Below are positions 36,450 through 45,212 of a DNA stretch of 64,000 nucleotides, piece by piece (position 1 is the first letter of the stretch; every line of letters starts with the position of its first letter). The position numbers were made by a program, and so were the translations under genes. The notes below the pieces were generated by a model. That model ran no database searches. It had not been told where the DNA came from and was given only the letters and a program-made list of their open reading frames with translations. Source of the stretch: Clostridiales bacterium (GTDB lineage: Bacteria; Bacillota; Clostridia; DUPQ01); NCBI GenBank assembly GCA_023145435.1, contig JAGLDS010000005.1, positions 33,715-97,714 on the forward strand, given 5' to 3'.

Positions 36450-37622
36450 ATGGAAAACTTACAGTCAATAATAAAAAAAAGTGTTAGAGAAATGCCTCCA
36501 TCTGGAATTAGAAAATACTTTGATTTAATAAATGAAATGGATGATGTTATATCTTTGGGTATTGGAGAACCTGATTTTGTGACTCCTTTGCATATAAGGG
36601 AGGCAGGGATTCGTTCACTTGAAAATGGACATACCCATTATTCAGCAAATGCTGGGATGATAGAACTTCGAGAAGAAATTGCTAAATATGTATTTAGAAA
36701 ACAAGAGCTTAGATACAACCCAAAAGATGAAATATTAGTTACGGTTGGTGCAAGTGAAGGAATCGATTTACCATTAAGAGCAATACTTGAAAAAGATGAT
36801 GAGGTTATTGTGCCTGAACCAAGTTTTGTTGCGTATAATGGATGTATACGTGCCTGTGGTGGTGTTCCAGTACCTTTAGTACTTACTGAAGACAGTAAGT
36901 TTAAAATCAATCCAAAAAAACTAGAAGCACTCATTACCAGTAAAACAAAAGCTGTTATTATACCTTTTCCTAACAATCCAACTGGATCAATAATGACTAA
37001 AGAGGAATTAAGCGAACTTGTTCCAATTTTAAAAGGCAAAAATATTTTAATTTTATCAGATGAAGTTTATGCTAGTTTAACATATGGCAGGAAACATGCT
37101 TCAATTGCAGAATTTGACGAAATAAAAGATCAAGTAATATATATCAATGGGTTTTCAAAAAGTCATGCTATGACAGGGTGGCGGCTAGGGTATATATGTT
37201 GTAATAAAAATCTATTACAACATATGGCGAAAATTCATCAGTATGCCTTGATGTGTTCTCCAACTGTTGCACAATATGCAGGAATTGAAGCATTACAAAA
37301 TGGTGATGAGCAAGTTGCTAAAATGGTTAATGAATATGATAGAAGACGAAAATATATGGTTAAAAGACTTAATGATATGGGGTTAACCTGTTTTGAACCT
37401 GAAGGAGCATTTTATGTGTTTCCAAATATTACTTCAACTAATTTAACAAGTGAAGAGTTTTGTGAGAGAGTATTAAAAGAGCAAAAGGTTTTAGTTGTAC
37501 CTGGAACAGCTTTTGGAGATAGTGGAGAAGGGTTTATAAGAGCAACTTATGCAAGTTCCCTTGAAAACATCGAAGTGGCTATGGATAGAATTGAAAAATT
37601 CATAAAAGGATTAATAAAATAA
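36450..37622 (+). CDS. Class I/II PLP-dependent aminotransferase (aspartate aminotransferase-like)
   Basis: PNNPTG and PLP-lysine block NGFSKSHAMTGWRLGY. Confidence 0.85.
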   Translation: MENLQSIIKKSVREMPPSGIRKYFDLINEMDDVISLGIGEPDFVTPLHIREAGIRSLENGHTHYSANAGMIELREEIAKYVFRKQELRYNPKDEILVTVGASEGIDLPLRAILEKDDEVIVPEPSFVAYNGCIRACGGVPVPLVLTEDSKFKINPKKLEALITSKTKAVIIPFPNNPTGSIMTKEELSELVPILKGKNILILSDEVYASLTYGRKHASIAEFDEIKDQVIYINGFSKSHAMTGWRLGYICCNKNLLQHMAKIHQYALMCSPTVAQYAGIEALQNGDEQVAKMVNEYDRRRKYMVKRLNDMGLTCFEPEGAFYVFPNITSTNLTSEEFCERVLKEQKVLVVPGTAFGDSGEGFIRATYASSLENIEVAMDRIEKFIKGLIK

Positions 37623-38723
37623 ATGATAGATATTGGATTAACAAAAGCTATATTATCAAAAAAGGATAAACAAATTGACGATTTGTTACAGTCTATAAAA
37701 CCAGACCAAGTATTAAAAGAAATAACAATTTTAGAAGAACAGTCTACAAAACCTGGGTTTTGGAATGATAATAAGCAATCACAAAAAGTTTTGCAAAAAA
37801 TTAAATCTATGAAAAATGAACTAAATTTATTAAATAATTTAAAACAGTTGTTTGATGATTGTCAACTGTATTTAGAAATGTATCAAGATCAGGCAGAATT
37901 AGAAACTGAAAAGGAAATAAAACAATCACAAAAACAACTTAATAAAGCATACGATGAATTACGTTTAATGACGCTATTAAATGGTGTACATGACAAAGAA
38001 AATGCCATCATTACTTTACACGCTGGCGCAGGTGGAACTGAAGCACAAGATTGGGTAGAAATGTTACTTAGAATGTATAACAGATGGGCCGAAAGACGAA
38101 AATTAAAATTTGTAATTCAAGATATTTTACCAGGAGATGATGCAGGAATAAAAAGAGTTACAGCAAGTGTTTCAGGGAATTATGCATATGGATATCTACA
38201 ATCAGAAATAGGTGTGCATAGATTGGTTAGAATTTCACCTTTTGACTCATCTGGGCGCCGACATACTTCATTTGCTTCTATGGAAGTTATTCCTGAAATA
38301 AGTGATGATATTACCATAGATATACAACAGGATGATTTACGGATTGATACTTTTAGATCTTCAGGTGCAGGAGGACAGCATGTCAATAAGACTGACTCAG
38401 CTATTAGAATTACTCATATACCCACAGGGACGGTTGTAGCGTGCCAATCGGAACGTAGCCAACATCAGAACAAAGATTATGCCATGAAGTTATTAATGTC
38501 CAAACTAATGGAAATGAAGGAACGTGAGCAAAAAGAAAAAATTGAGGATTTAAAGGGAGTTCAAAAAGAAATTGCATGGGGTAGTCAAATAAGATCTTAT
38601 GTTTTTTGCCCATACACCATGGTAAAAGATCATCGTACTAATTTTGAAATTGGTGATGTTTTTAAGGTTATGGATGGTGACTTAGATCAATTGATGAATG
38701 CATACTTACTTAGTAATAAATAA
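37623..38723 (+). CDS. prfB: Peptide chain release factor 2, encoded as one uninterrupted frame
   Basis: SPF tripeptide (RISPFDS), GGQ (SGAGGQHVNKT), 366 aa. The ATG directly follows the upstream TAA. Confidence 0.92.
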   Translation: MIDIGLTKAILSKKDKQIDDLLQSIKPDQVLKEITILEEQSTKPGFWNDNKQSQKVLQKIKSMKNELNLLNNLKQLFDDCQLYLEMYQDQAELETEKEIKQSQKQLNKAYDELRLMTLLNGVHDKENAIITLHAGAGGTEAQDWVEMLLRMYNRWAERRKLKFVIQDILPGDDAGIKRVTASVSGNYAYGYLQSEIGVHRLVRISPFDSSGRRHTSFASMEVIPEISDDITIDIQQDDLRIDTFRSSGAGGQHVNKTDSAIRITHIPTGTVVACQSERSQHQNKDYAMKLLMSKLMEMKEREQKEKIEDLKGVQKEIAWGSQIRSYVFCPYTMVKDHRTNFEIGDVFKVMDGDLDQLMNAYLLSNK

Positions 38724-38725
38724 TA

Positions 38726-39628
38726 ATGTATTATAAATTTTCTACATATTTAAAAAACACCTATGGGCAAAAAGTATATAAAATTCCTATTAATGCTCGT
38801 GGTACTTGTCCAAATAGAGATGGGAGCAAAGATACTTTAGGATGTATTTTTTGTGGTGAAGAAGGAACAGCTTTTGAAAGTTATGCTAATAATATTCCAT
38901 TAAGAGAACAACTACTGTCAAATATGTCATATATAGGTAAAAAATATAAAGCTAAGAAGTATATTGCATATTTTCAAAATTATTCAAATACATATTTACC
39001 ACTTAAAAAATTAGCTTCTAATATAAAAGAGGTAATTCATCCAGATGTAGTAGCTGTATATATAGCTACTCGCCCTGATTGTATTAATGAAAATCAATTA
39101 CAATTTCTTCAACAAATTTCAAAAAAACACCAAGTTGATATTGTAATAGAGATGGGGTTACAAAGCACCAATGATAATACATTAACTTTTTTAAATCGTC
39201 ATCATACATATGAAGATTTTGTTATTTCCACAAAATTAATTAAAAGTTATGGGATGAAAGTATGTGCTCATATGATTAATGATCTACCAAATGAAACGAT
39301 AGAAGATGTAATCACTAGTGCTAAACAATTATCGCTATTAAAAGTTGATCAAGTTAAATGCCATTCTTTATATATTTTAAATAACACAAAACTTGGTGAT
39401 ATGTATAGAAACAATCAAATAGTAATGGGAACAATGGATGAATTTATTTTAAAAACTATTGCTTTTTTAGAGTATATAGATAAAGATATTGTGGTACAAA
39501 GATTAATAGGACGTGCACCAAAAGAACAAACTTTATTTTGTAATTATGGTAGAAATTGGCGATACATAGTTAATCAAATTGAAAATAAAATGTTAACTGA
39601 TGCTATTGTTCAAGGTTCAAAAACCTAA
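38726..39628 (+). CDS. Radical SAM protein, TIGR01212 (YtqA-like) family
   Basis: CPNRDGSKDTLGCIFC cluster motif characteristic of TIGR01212; about 300 aa. Confidence 0.8.
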   Translation: MYYKFSTYLKNTYGQKVYKIPINARGTCPNRDGSKDTLGCIFCGEEGTAFESYANNIPLREQLLSNMSYIGKKYKAKKYIAYFQNYSNTYLPLKKLASNIKEVIHPDVVAVYIATRPDCINENQLQFLQQISKKHQVDIVIEMGLQSTNDNTLTFLNRHHTYEDFVISTKLIKSYGMKVCAHMINDLPNETIEDVITSAKQLSLLKVDQVKCHSLYILNNTKLGDMYRNNQIVMGTMDEFILKTIAFLEYIDKDIVVQRLIGRAPKEQTLFCNYGRNWRYIVNQIENKMLTDAIVQGSKT

Positions 39629-40127
39629 AATAACGAAGCAAGTATCCACCTAAAATTGCGAGAAGTAAATCTTTAATTAAATAAGGGATAAACGAAATCA
39701 ATAAAGTTAGAAATGCCACATTGCTATTAAGATACAATCGTAGGATACCATAGAAATAAGGAATACCTATTAAGTATATGAAAAGCATACCTACTAAAGC
39801 TGCAATATATTTATTCCATTTTCTCTTTTGGTATAAAAACCCTGCCATAAAAGAACCTGGAATAAACGATATAATAAAACCAAATGAAGGTATTAAAACA
39901 TAAGAAATACCACCACCTTTTGAAAATACTGGTAAACCAAATAAACCAAGAAGAAGATAGAGCAAAGTTACACTTATTCCTTTTTTATAACCAAGAATTA
40001 ATCCAGCCATTATTGCAAAAAAAGCTTGAAAAGTTAATTCAATAAAAGGAAAAGGAAATTTTATAAATGCCCCTGTTATCATGAGGGCAATAAATAGTGA
40101 AATTATAGTCATATCTTTAATTTTCAT
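39603..40127 (-). CDS. bioY: Biotin transporter S-component BioY
   Basis: 174 aa, 5-6 TM helices. TFQAFFAIMAGLILG and GLFGLPVFSKGGG motifs. A BirA-type operator lies upstream. Confidence 0.85.
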   Translation of the reverse strand: MKIKDMTIISLFIALMITGAFIKFPFPFIELTFQAFFAIMAGLILGYKKGISVTLLYLLLGLFGLPVFSKGGGISYVLIPSFGFIISFIPGSFMAGFLYQKRKWNKYIAALVGMLFIYLIGIPYFYGILRLYLNSNVAFLTLLISFIPYLIKDLLLAILGGYLLRYFRFLNLEQ

Positions 40128-40133
40128 GTAAAT

Positions 40134-40162
40134 ACAATAGCAGTCATATTTACAATTGTCAA
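40134..40162 (-). promoter_or_regulatory. bioY promoter (minus strand); predicted leaderless transcript
   Basis: On the minus strand: TTGACA (40162-40157), 17 nt spacer, TATTGT (40139-40134), then 6 nt to the ATG at 40127. No SD. The -35 lies inside the operator half-site. Confidence 0.5.
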
Positions 40163-40188
40163 CCGATGAATATTAGGAGGTTAACAAT
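40155..40188. promoter_or_regulatory. BirA (biotin repressor) operator
   Basis: ATTGTCAACC, 14 nt spacer, GGTTAACAAT: an inverted repeat with one mismatch. It matches my recollection of the Firmicute/E. coli bioO pattern TGTnAACC-N14-16-GGTTnACA and sits directly upstream of bioY. Confidence 0.7.
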
Positions 40189-40189
40189 A

Positions 40190-40218
40190 TTGCTAGAAGG
40201 CTAACATTGTATTATAAT
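40190..40218 (+). promoter_or_regulatory. Sigma-A promoter of the phoH-remnant/pgpH/ybeY/dgkA/cdd/era/recO operon
   Basis: TTGCTA (40190-40195), 17 nt spacer, TATAAT (40213-40218). Confidence 0.55.
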
Positions 40219-40251
40219 ATATATCTGAATACTGATGGAGGTGTTGCATAT

Positions 40252-40644
40252 TTGGCTGAAAAAATAATGAAATTTGATAATATTGATCATATAATGAATT
40301 TATTTGGCAGCAATGATGAGAATATAAGAACCATTGATGAAATAGTAAATATTACAGTTATTCAGAGAGGAACAGATATAAAAATAATTGGTGAAGAAGA
40401 AAATGTAGAAAAAGCATATGCGTTAATAAAACAAATAATACCAATTGATAAAGAAGGAGATATAATTACTAAACAAAACATTAAATATCTAGCTTCAATT
40501 GAAAAAGAGCAAGTAATATCACATGATAATTATCCAATTGACTATATTTGTTTAAACTCCAAAGGTAAACCAATTAAATCAAAAACCTATGGACAAAAGA
40601 AATATGTAAAAGCAATAAGGGGAAAACTAAAAGAACATGATTAA
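40252..40644 (+). CDS. PhoH-like protein, N-terminal domain only (P-loop ATPase domain absent)
   Basis: LFGSNDENIRTIDEIVNITVIQRGTDIKIIGEEENVEKA and KTYGQKKYVKAIR match the PhoH N-terminal region, but the ORF stops 8 codons later, where PhoH proteins continue with GPAGTGKT. A TTG start at 40252 (9 nt after GGAGG) is preferred, because the ATG at 40207 lies inside the predicted promoter. Confidence 0.6.
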   Translation: MAEKIMKFDNIDHIMNLFGSNDENIRTIDEIVNITVIQRGTDIKIIGEEENVEKAYALIKQIIPIDKEGDIITKQNIKYLASIEKEQVISHDNYPIDYICLNSKGKPIKSKTYGQKKYVKAIRGKLKEHD

Positions 40645-42742
40645 TGAAAAGCGTTTAGCGCGGGAAAAAAGAAAAAAAACTATTATTAATTTAACTATTA
40701 TTTTTGTTTTTGCAATTTTAATATCATTTTTGATTACGTTAAAAAATAGTCCGTTAAGTCCATTAATTGATGAAAATGATATGGCAACAAGGGATACTAT
40801 TGTTAATCAAGATTATTATGATGGAGTGGCTACAAAACAAAAAGCTCAAGAAGAGATGGAAAAGGTATTAGATGTTGTGCTTGCACAACCTGAAAAAACT
40901 TATTCAGCTATTGAATCAATAATTAAATATTTTGGACAAACAGATACTTATCGTGCACAGATGTCTTTAGCTATTCAATCTGATTATGCAACTGATGAAG
41001 ATAGAGAAAAAATTCTAAATTATTATATTGCATATTCTAATAATTTTGGAGTTAAAATAACAAACTCACAAGCTACAGAAGTACTTCGTAATATTTCCTT
41101 ATTAGATTATGAAAATTTTAAAAATACCTGTAAAATTATTTTCACTACTATGCAATCAGAAGATATAAATAGTGAAAATTTAGGGTTCTATCAAGATAAA
41201 TTTAAAAAAGAATTCGTTAAAATAATCTCTAATAATCAATTACAAGGAATTTCAACTTCAGTTACAACAGCTTTTTTACGAGTTAACAGTATAATAGACT
41301 TACATGAAACTCAAAAGATTAAAGATGAAACATATGAATATGTTTTATCTCAATTTCCAGTTGTGATAAAAAAAGGAACAAAATTAACTACAAAAAGTGA
41401 AATTGTTTTAAAAGACACAAAACGATTACTATCTGATATGTCGTTATTAGAAAATGAATTTAATTTACTATTTTATTTATTAATTCTTGGTTTAGTTTTA
41501 ATTATGGTTGTTTTAGTAATATTATTTAAACTTATGGTTATACCTAAATATGATATAACCTTTAAACAATTATTAATGATTAGTTTTGTTATTATTATAT
41601 TATTTATTTTTGCTTTTTTCATACCAATTGAATATTATCTTATTATTCCTTTTTTAATAGTTCCTATGATGTTAAGTATGTTGACTAATCACAGGCTTGC
41701 AGTTGTTATAACGATTCCAATAGCCATTTTGCTCACAATTATGTTGAATGCTAATGTTTTGTATATGACTATGATTGTAGTAGGTGGTATTATTTCTGTT
41801 TACTTAGTAAAAAATACATCTAACCGATTACGTTATGCAGCTTCTGGTATCATAGTTGGATTTATTAATATACTTATTTTTATAATTATGTCATATCTAC
41901 TTGGAAGGCCAATACAAACAATGTTTGGTGATTTTGCGTTTATTGCAATTGCTTCAATTTTATCTTCAATTATTGCACTAGGATTACTTCCAGTTTTTGA
42001 AAGCCTATTCAATGTAATTACACCTTTTAAATTATTAGAATTATCTAATCCTTCTCAACCTTTAATTAAAAAAATGCTTTTAGAAGCACCTGGCACATAT
42101 CATCACAGTTTAATGGTTGGAAATCTTGCTGAAGTAGGTGCTGAAGCTATTGGAGCTAATGGTTTATTAGCTAGAGTTGGAGCATATTATCATGATATTG
42201 GAAAACTTAGTAGACCAGGTTTTTTCTCTGAAAATCAAACAACAAAAAATAATCCACATGATAAAATGAATCCTTCTTTAAGTACTTTTGTGATTACTAA
42301 TCATCCTAAAGATGGTTATGAATTAGCTAAAAAACACAAGTTACCTCATGCAATAAGAGATATTATTTTACAACATCATGGAACCACATTAGTACAATAT
42401 TTTTATCATAAAGCTTCACAAAATGATGATGCTAATGAAAAAGATTTTCGTTATCCAGGACCTAGACCATCTACAAAAGAAGCAGCTGTTGTATTATTAG
42501 CTGACTCAGTAGAAGCGAGTGTGCGCTCAATGAATAAAACTTCAAAAGGAGAGATTGAAGGATTTATAAGAAAATTAATTAAAGAAAAGCTTGACGATGG
42601 TCAATTAGATTTATGTGATTTAACATTGCGAAATTTAGATGATATTGCTGATGCTTTTACTAGAGTTTTTAGTGGGTATTTTCATTCTAGAATACAATAT
42701 CCTGACAAAGCAGAAGGTGTTCAAATTGAAACTGTCGATTGA
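40637..42742 (+). CDS. pgpH: 7TM-HD membrane phosphohydrolase (PgpH/YqfF family, cyclic-di-AMP phosphodiesterase type)
   Basis: Extracellular N-domain, 7 TM helices, HD domain with HHSLMVGNLAE, YHDIGK, QHHGT. Confidence 0.88.
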   Translation: MINEKRLAREKRKKTIINLTIIFVFAILISFLITLKNSPLSPLIDENDMATRDTIVNQDYYDGVATKQKAQEEMEKVLDVVLAQPEKTYSAIESIIKYFGQTDTYRAQMSLAIQSDYATDEDREKILNYYIAYSNNFGVKITNSQATEVLRNISLLDYENFKNTCKIIFTTMQSEDINSENLGFYQDKFKKEFVKIISNNQLQGISTSVTTAFLRVNSIIDLHETQKIKDETYEYVLSQFPVVIKKGTKLTTKSEIVLKDTKRLLSDMSLLENEFNLLFYLLILGLVLIMVVLVILFKLMVIPKYDITFKQLLMISFVIIILFIFAFFIPIEYYLIIPFLIVPMMLSMLTNHRLAVVITIPIAILLTIMLNANVLYMTMIVVGGIISVYLVKNTSNRLRYAASGIIVGFINILIFIIMSYLLGRPIQTMFGDFAFIAIASILSSIIALGLLPVFESLFNVITPFKLLELSNPSQPLIKKMLLEAPGTYHHSLMVGNLAEVGAEAIGANGLLARVGAYYHDIGKLSRPGFFSENQTTKNNPHDKMNPSLSTFVITNHPKDGYELAKKHKLPHAIRDIILQHHGTTLVQYFYHKASQNDDANEKDFRYPGPRPSTKEAAVVLLADSVEASVRSMNKTSKGEIEGFIRKLIKEKLDDGQLDLCDLTLRNLDDIADAFTRVFSGYFHSRIQYPDKAEGVQIETVD

Positions 42743-43205
42743 ATTTATAGAAAAAGTAAAAACCCCTCATAATCAACTTATTATAGAAATTGCTAATGTG
42801 CTTAAAAATTGTGTAGTTGATTACAAAGAAGATTTTTTAATAACTATTACCTTAGTTGATAATAAAACTATAAAAGATATTAATTTGCAATTTAGAGAAA
42901 TTGATAAAGAAACTGATATTTTATCATTTCCCATATTAGAAAATAAAAAAGGGGAACTTTTATATAAGTCATATGATATAAATCACGAGACAAATACTAT
43001 ATTTTTAGGAGATTTGATAATATCTTATGAAAAAATTATAACTCAAGCAAAAGATTATGGACATTCCTTTGAAAGAGAAACAGCTTTTTTGCTGGTTCAT
43101 GGAATGCTTCATCTAATAGGATATGACCATGTAACCGATGAAGATGAAAAAATGATGAGAAATATTCAAAATGAGATATTAGACAAGGCTGGTTATAATA
43201 GATGA
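42726..43205 (+). CDS. ybeY: Endoribonuclease YbeY (rRNA maturation)
   Basis: HGMLHLIGYDH zinc motif. I prefer the TTG at 42726 (6 nt after GAAGGTG) over the ORF-track start at 42639, which lies inside pgpH. Confidence 0.9.
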   Translation: MKLSIEFIEKVKTPHNQLIIEIANVLKNCVVDYKEDFLITITLVDNKTIKDINLQFREIDKETDILSFPILENKKGELLYKSYDINHETNTIFLGDLIISYEKIITQAKDYGHSFERETAFLLVHGMLHLIGYDHVTDEDEKMMRNIQNEILDKAGYNR

Positions 43206-43918
43206 AAAGGATTAAGAAAAGCAGATTGTTAAAAAGCTTTAATATAGCCATAACTGGCATATTTTCAACAATAAAAAGCGAAAGAAATATGAAGATTCAT
43301 ATTATTACTGCTTTATTAGTTTTAGTACTCAGTTTTTTCTTTAAATTAACACAAAGTGAGTTCTTGTTTATTGCATTAGCAGTAGCGTTGGTTTTTATAA
43401 CAGAAATATTAAACACTTCAATTGAGAAATTAGGTGACGCTATTACAAAAGAGCATAATGAAATAATTAAGATTGCCAAGGATATTTCTTCAGGTGCTGT
43501 ATTAGTAGCATCTTTATTTGCAATACTAGTTGGTATTGTAGTATTTCACAAAGAAGCACAAAGTGAGATGGAAGTATTTATCAGTATTCTTAGTAGGTCA
43601 CCGTTATATTTGATGCTTTTAGCTTTATCGATTACTGTAATAGCTGTAATAGTAATAAAAAAAATAACAAATAAAGGTACACACCTTAAAGGTGGATTTC
43701 CTTCTGGGCACAGTGCTCTTGCATTTTGCGTAGCAACTGGAATTGCCATAATTTCAAAAAATATTTATGTGGCAATCTTATCTTTATTAATTGCATCAAT
43801 GGTTGCAGAGAGTAGAATAGAAACTAAAGTTCATAGTTTTTTAGAAGTTATATTTGGAGCATTACTGGGTATATCTATTGCCTTAGTTGTTTTTAAACTA
43901 GTGGAGGTATTCATATGA
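43202..43918 (+). CDS. dgkA: Fusion protein: DgkA-type lipid (undecaprenol/diacylglycerol) kinase + C-terminal PAP2-like phosphatase module
   Basis: Residues ~1-118 carry DgkA motifs (FNIAITGI, TEILNTSIE, AKDISSGAV). The C-terminal ~120 aa carry PAP2 motifs PSGH (FPSGHSALAF) and SRxxxxxHxxxE (AESRIETKVHSFLE). Confidence 0.75.
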   Translation: MKRIKKSRLLKSFNIAITGIFSTIKSERNMKIHIITALLVLVLSFFFKLTQSEFLFIALAVALVFITEILNTSIEKLGDAITKEHNEIIKIAKDISSGAVLVASLFAILVGIVVFHKEAQSEMEVFISILSRSPLYLMLLALSITVIAVIVIKKITNKGTHLKGGFPSGHSALAFCVATGIAIISKNIYVAILSLLIASMVAESRIETKVHSFLEVIFGALLGISIALVVFKLVEVFI

Positions 43919-44313
43919 ATGAATTAGTAAACTTAGCATATAAAGCCCTAGAGAATTCCTATTCACCGTATTCAGGTATTAAAGTAGGTGCTGCGGTAAG
44001 AGGGAAAAGTGGTAAAATATACTTAGGAAACAATATTGAAAATTCAGCATATGGTTCTACTATATGTGCAGAGAGAGTCGCAATTTTTAAGGCTGTTTCT
44101 GAAGGAGAAAGAGAGTTGACAGAATTGGCAGTTACAGGTAATTTTAGTGAATACGCTTATCCCTGTGGTGCGTGTAGACAGGTAATGAGTGAATTTATGT
44201 TAAGACAAAGTAAAATATATATTGCCAAAAAGAATGAAACTTTTTTAGAATATGTACTTGATGATTTAATTCCTCATCCATTTACAGTAAATACGAAAGG
44301 AAAACAAAAATGA
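43915..44313 (+). CDS. cdd: Cytidine deaminase
   Basis: CAERVA and PCGACRQ zinc motifs; 132 aa. Confidence 0.92.
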   Translation: MNELVNLAYKALENSYSPYSGIKVGAAVRGKSGKIYLGNNIENSAYGSTICAERVAIFKAVSEGERELTELAVTGNFSEYAYPCGACRQVMSEFMLRQSKIYIAKKNETFLEYVLDDLIPHPFTVNTKGKQK

Positions 44314-45212
44314 CATTTAAATCAGGATTCGTCGCCGTAATTGGTAGACCAAACGTGGGGAAATCAACATTAACTAATTTCTTAACAGGAAGAAAAATCA
44401 GTATTATGTCTCCAAAACCACAAACAACAAGAAATACAATTAGAGCAATTGTTACAAGCGAACAATCTCAAATCGTTTTCTTAGACACCCCTGGAATTCA
44501 CACACCAAAGAATAAGCTTGGAAAATTCATGGTTAATCAGGCATTTCATTCTCTTAAAGATGTTGACTGTGTAGTTTATATTGTTGAACCTATAAGAAAA
44601 GAAATACTAGAAGCTGATCTTAGAATTATGGATAATTTAAAAGATAGTGCTAAAAAAGTTATTTTACTAATTAATAAGATTGATAGGGTTACAAAAGAAT
44701 CACTTTTAAAATCAATTGAATTATATTCAAAAGCATTACCATTTGGAGAAATAATTCCAGTGAGTTTACTTAAAAAAGAAAATACAGAGCAATTGAGTCA
44801 AATTATTGAAAATTATCTACCTGAAGGGCCTATGTACTTTGATAAAGATGACATAACAGATCAACTAGAAAAAGTTATTGTTTCAGAATACATCAGAGAA
44901 AAAGTTTTGTTGTTTTTACGAGAAGAAGTTCCCCATGGAGTAGGAGTCGAAGTAGTTACTTTTACTAAGCGAAGTGAAAAGCAAATAATTGACATTGAAG
45001 CTAATATCTATTGTGAGAGAAAAACTCATAAAGGAATAATTATTGGGAAAAAAGGGTCAATGCTTAAAAAAATAGGGTCAAGTGCTAGAAAAGATATTGA
45101 AAACTTATTAGGAACGAAAGTATTCTTAACCTTATGGGTAAAGGTGAAAGAAGACTGGAGAAATTCTAATTTTATGCTGAAAAATCTAGGTTATACTGAT
45201 AATGAGTCTTAA
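44310..45212 (+). CDS. era: GTPase Era
   Basis: GRPNVGKST, DTPG, NKID and a C-terminal KH domain. Confidence 0.95.
   Translation: MTFKSGFVAVIGRPNVGKSTLTNFLTGRKISIMSPKPQTTRNTIRAIVTSEQSQIVFLDTPGIHTPKNKLGKFMVNQAFHSLKDVDCVVYIVEPIRKEILEADLRIMDNLKDSAKKVILLINKIDRVTKESLLKSIELYSKALPFGEIIPVSLLKKENTEQLSQIIENYLPEGPMYFDKDDITDQLEKVIVSEYIREKVLLFLREEVPHGVGVEVVTFTKRSEKQIIDIEANIYCERKTHKGIIIGKKGSMLKKIGSSARKDIENLLGTKVFLTLWVKVKEDWRNSNFMLKNLGYTDNES

Noticed and set aside
36638-37039. 133 aa antisense ORF inside the aminotransferase gene, plus similar antisense ORFs at 10209-10568, 11147-11476, 49158-49475, 54167-54457, 32233-32520 and others in the track
   Set aside because: All lie antisense to genes with strong family motifs. 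They lack RBSs and have biased low-complexity composition. I treat them as non-coding.
42639-42725. N-terminal extensions given by the ORF track for ybeY (42639), the GNAT gene (10536), the RluA gene (20977), the mutarotase-like gene (30378), the phoH remnant (40207) and the sugar transferase (GTG at 42)
   Set aside because: Each extension lies inside the preceding gene or promoter and adds non-conserved residues. In each case a downstream start with a proper SD, or the window edge, fits the family N-terminus better.
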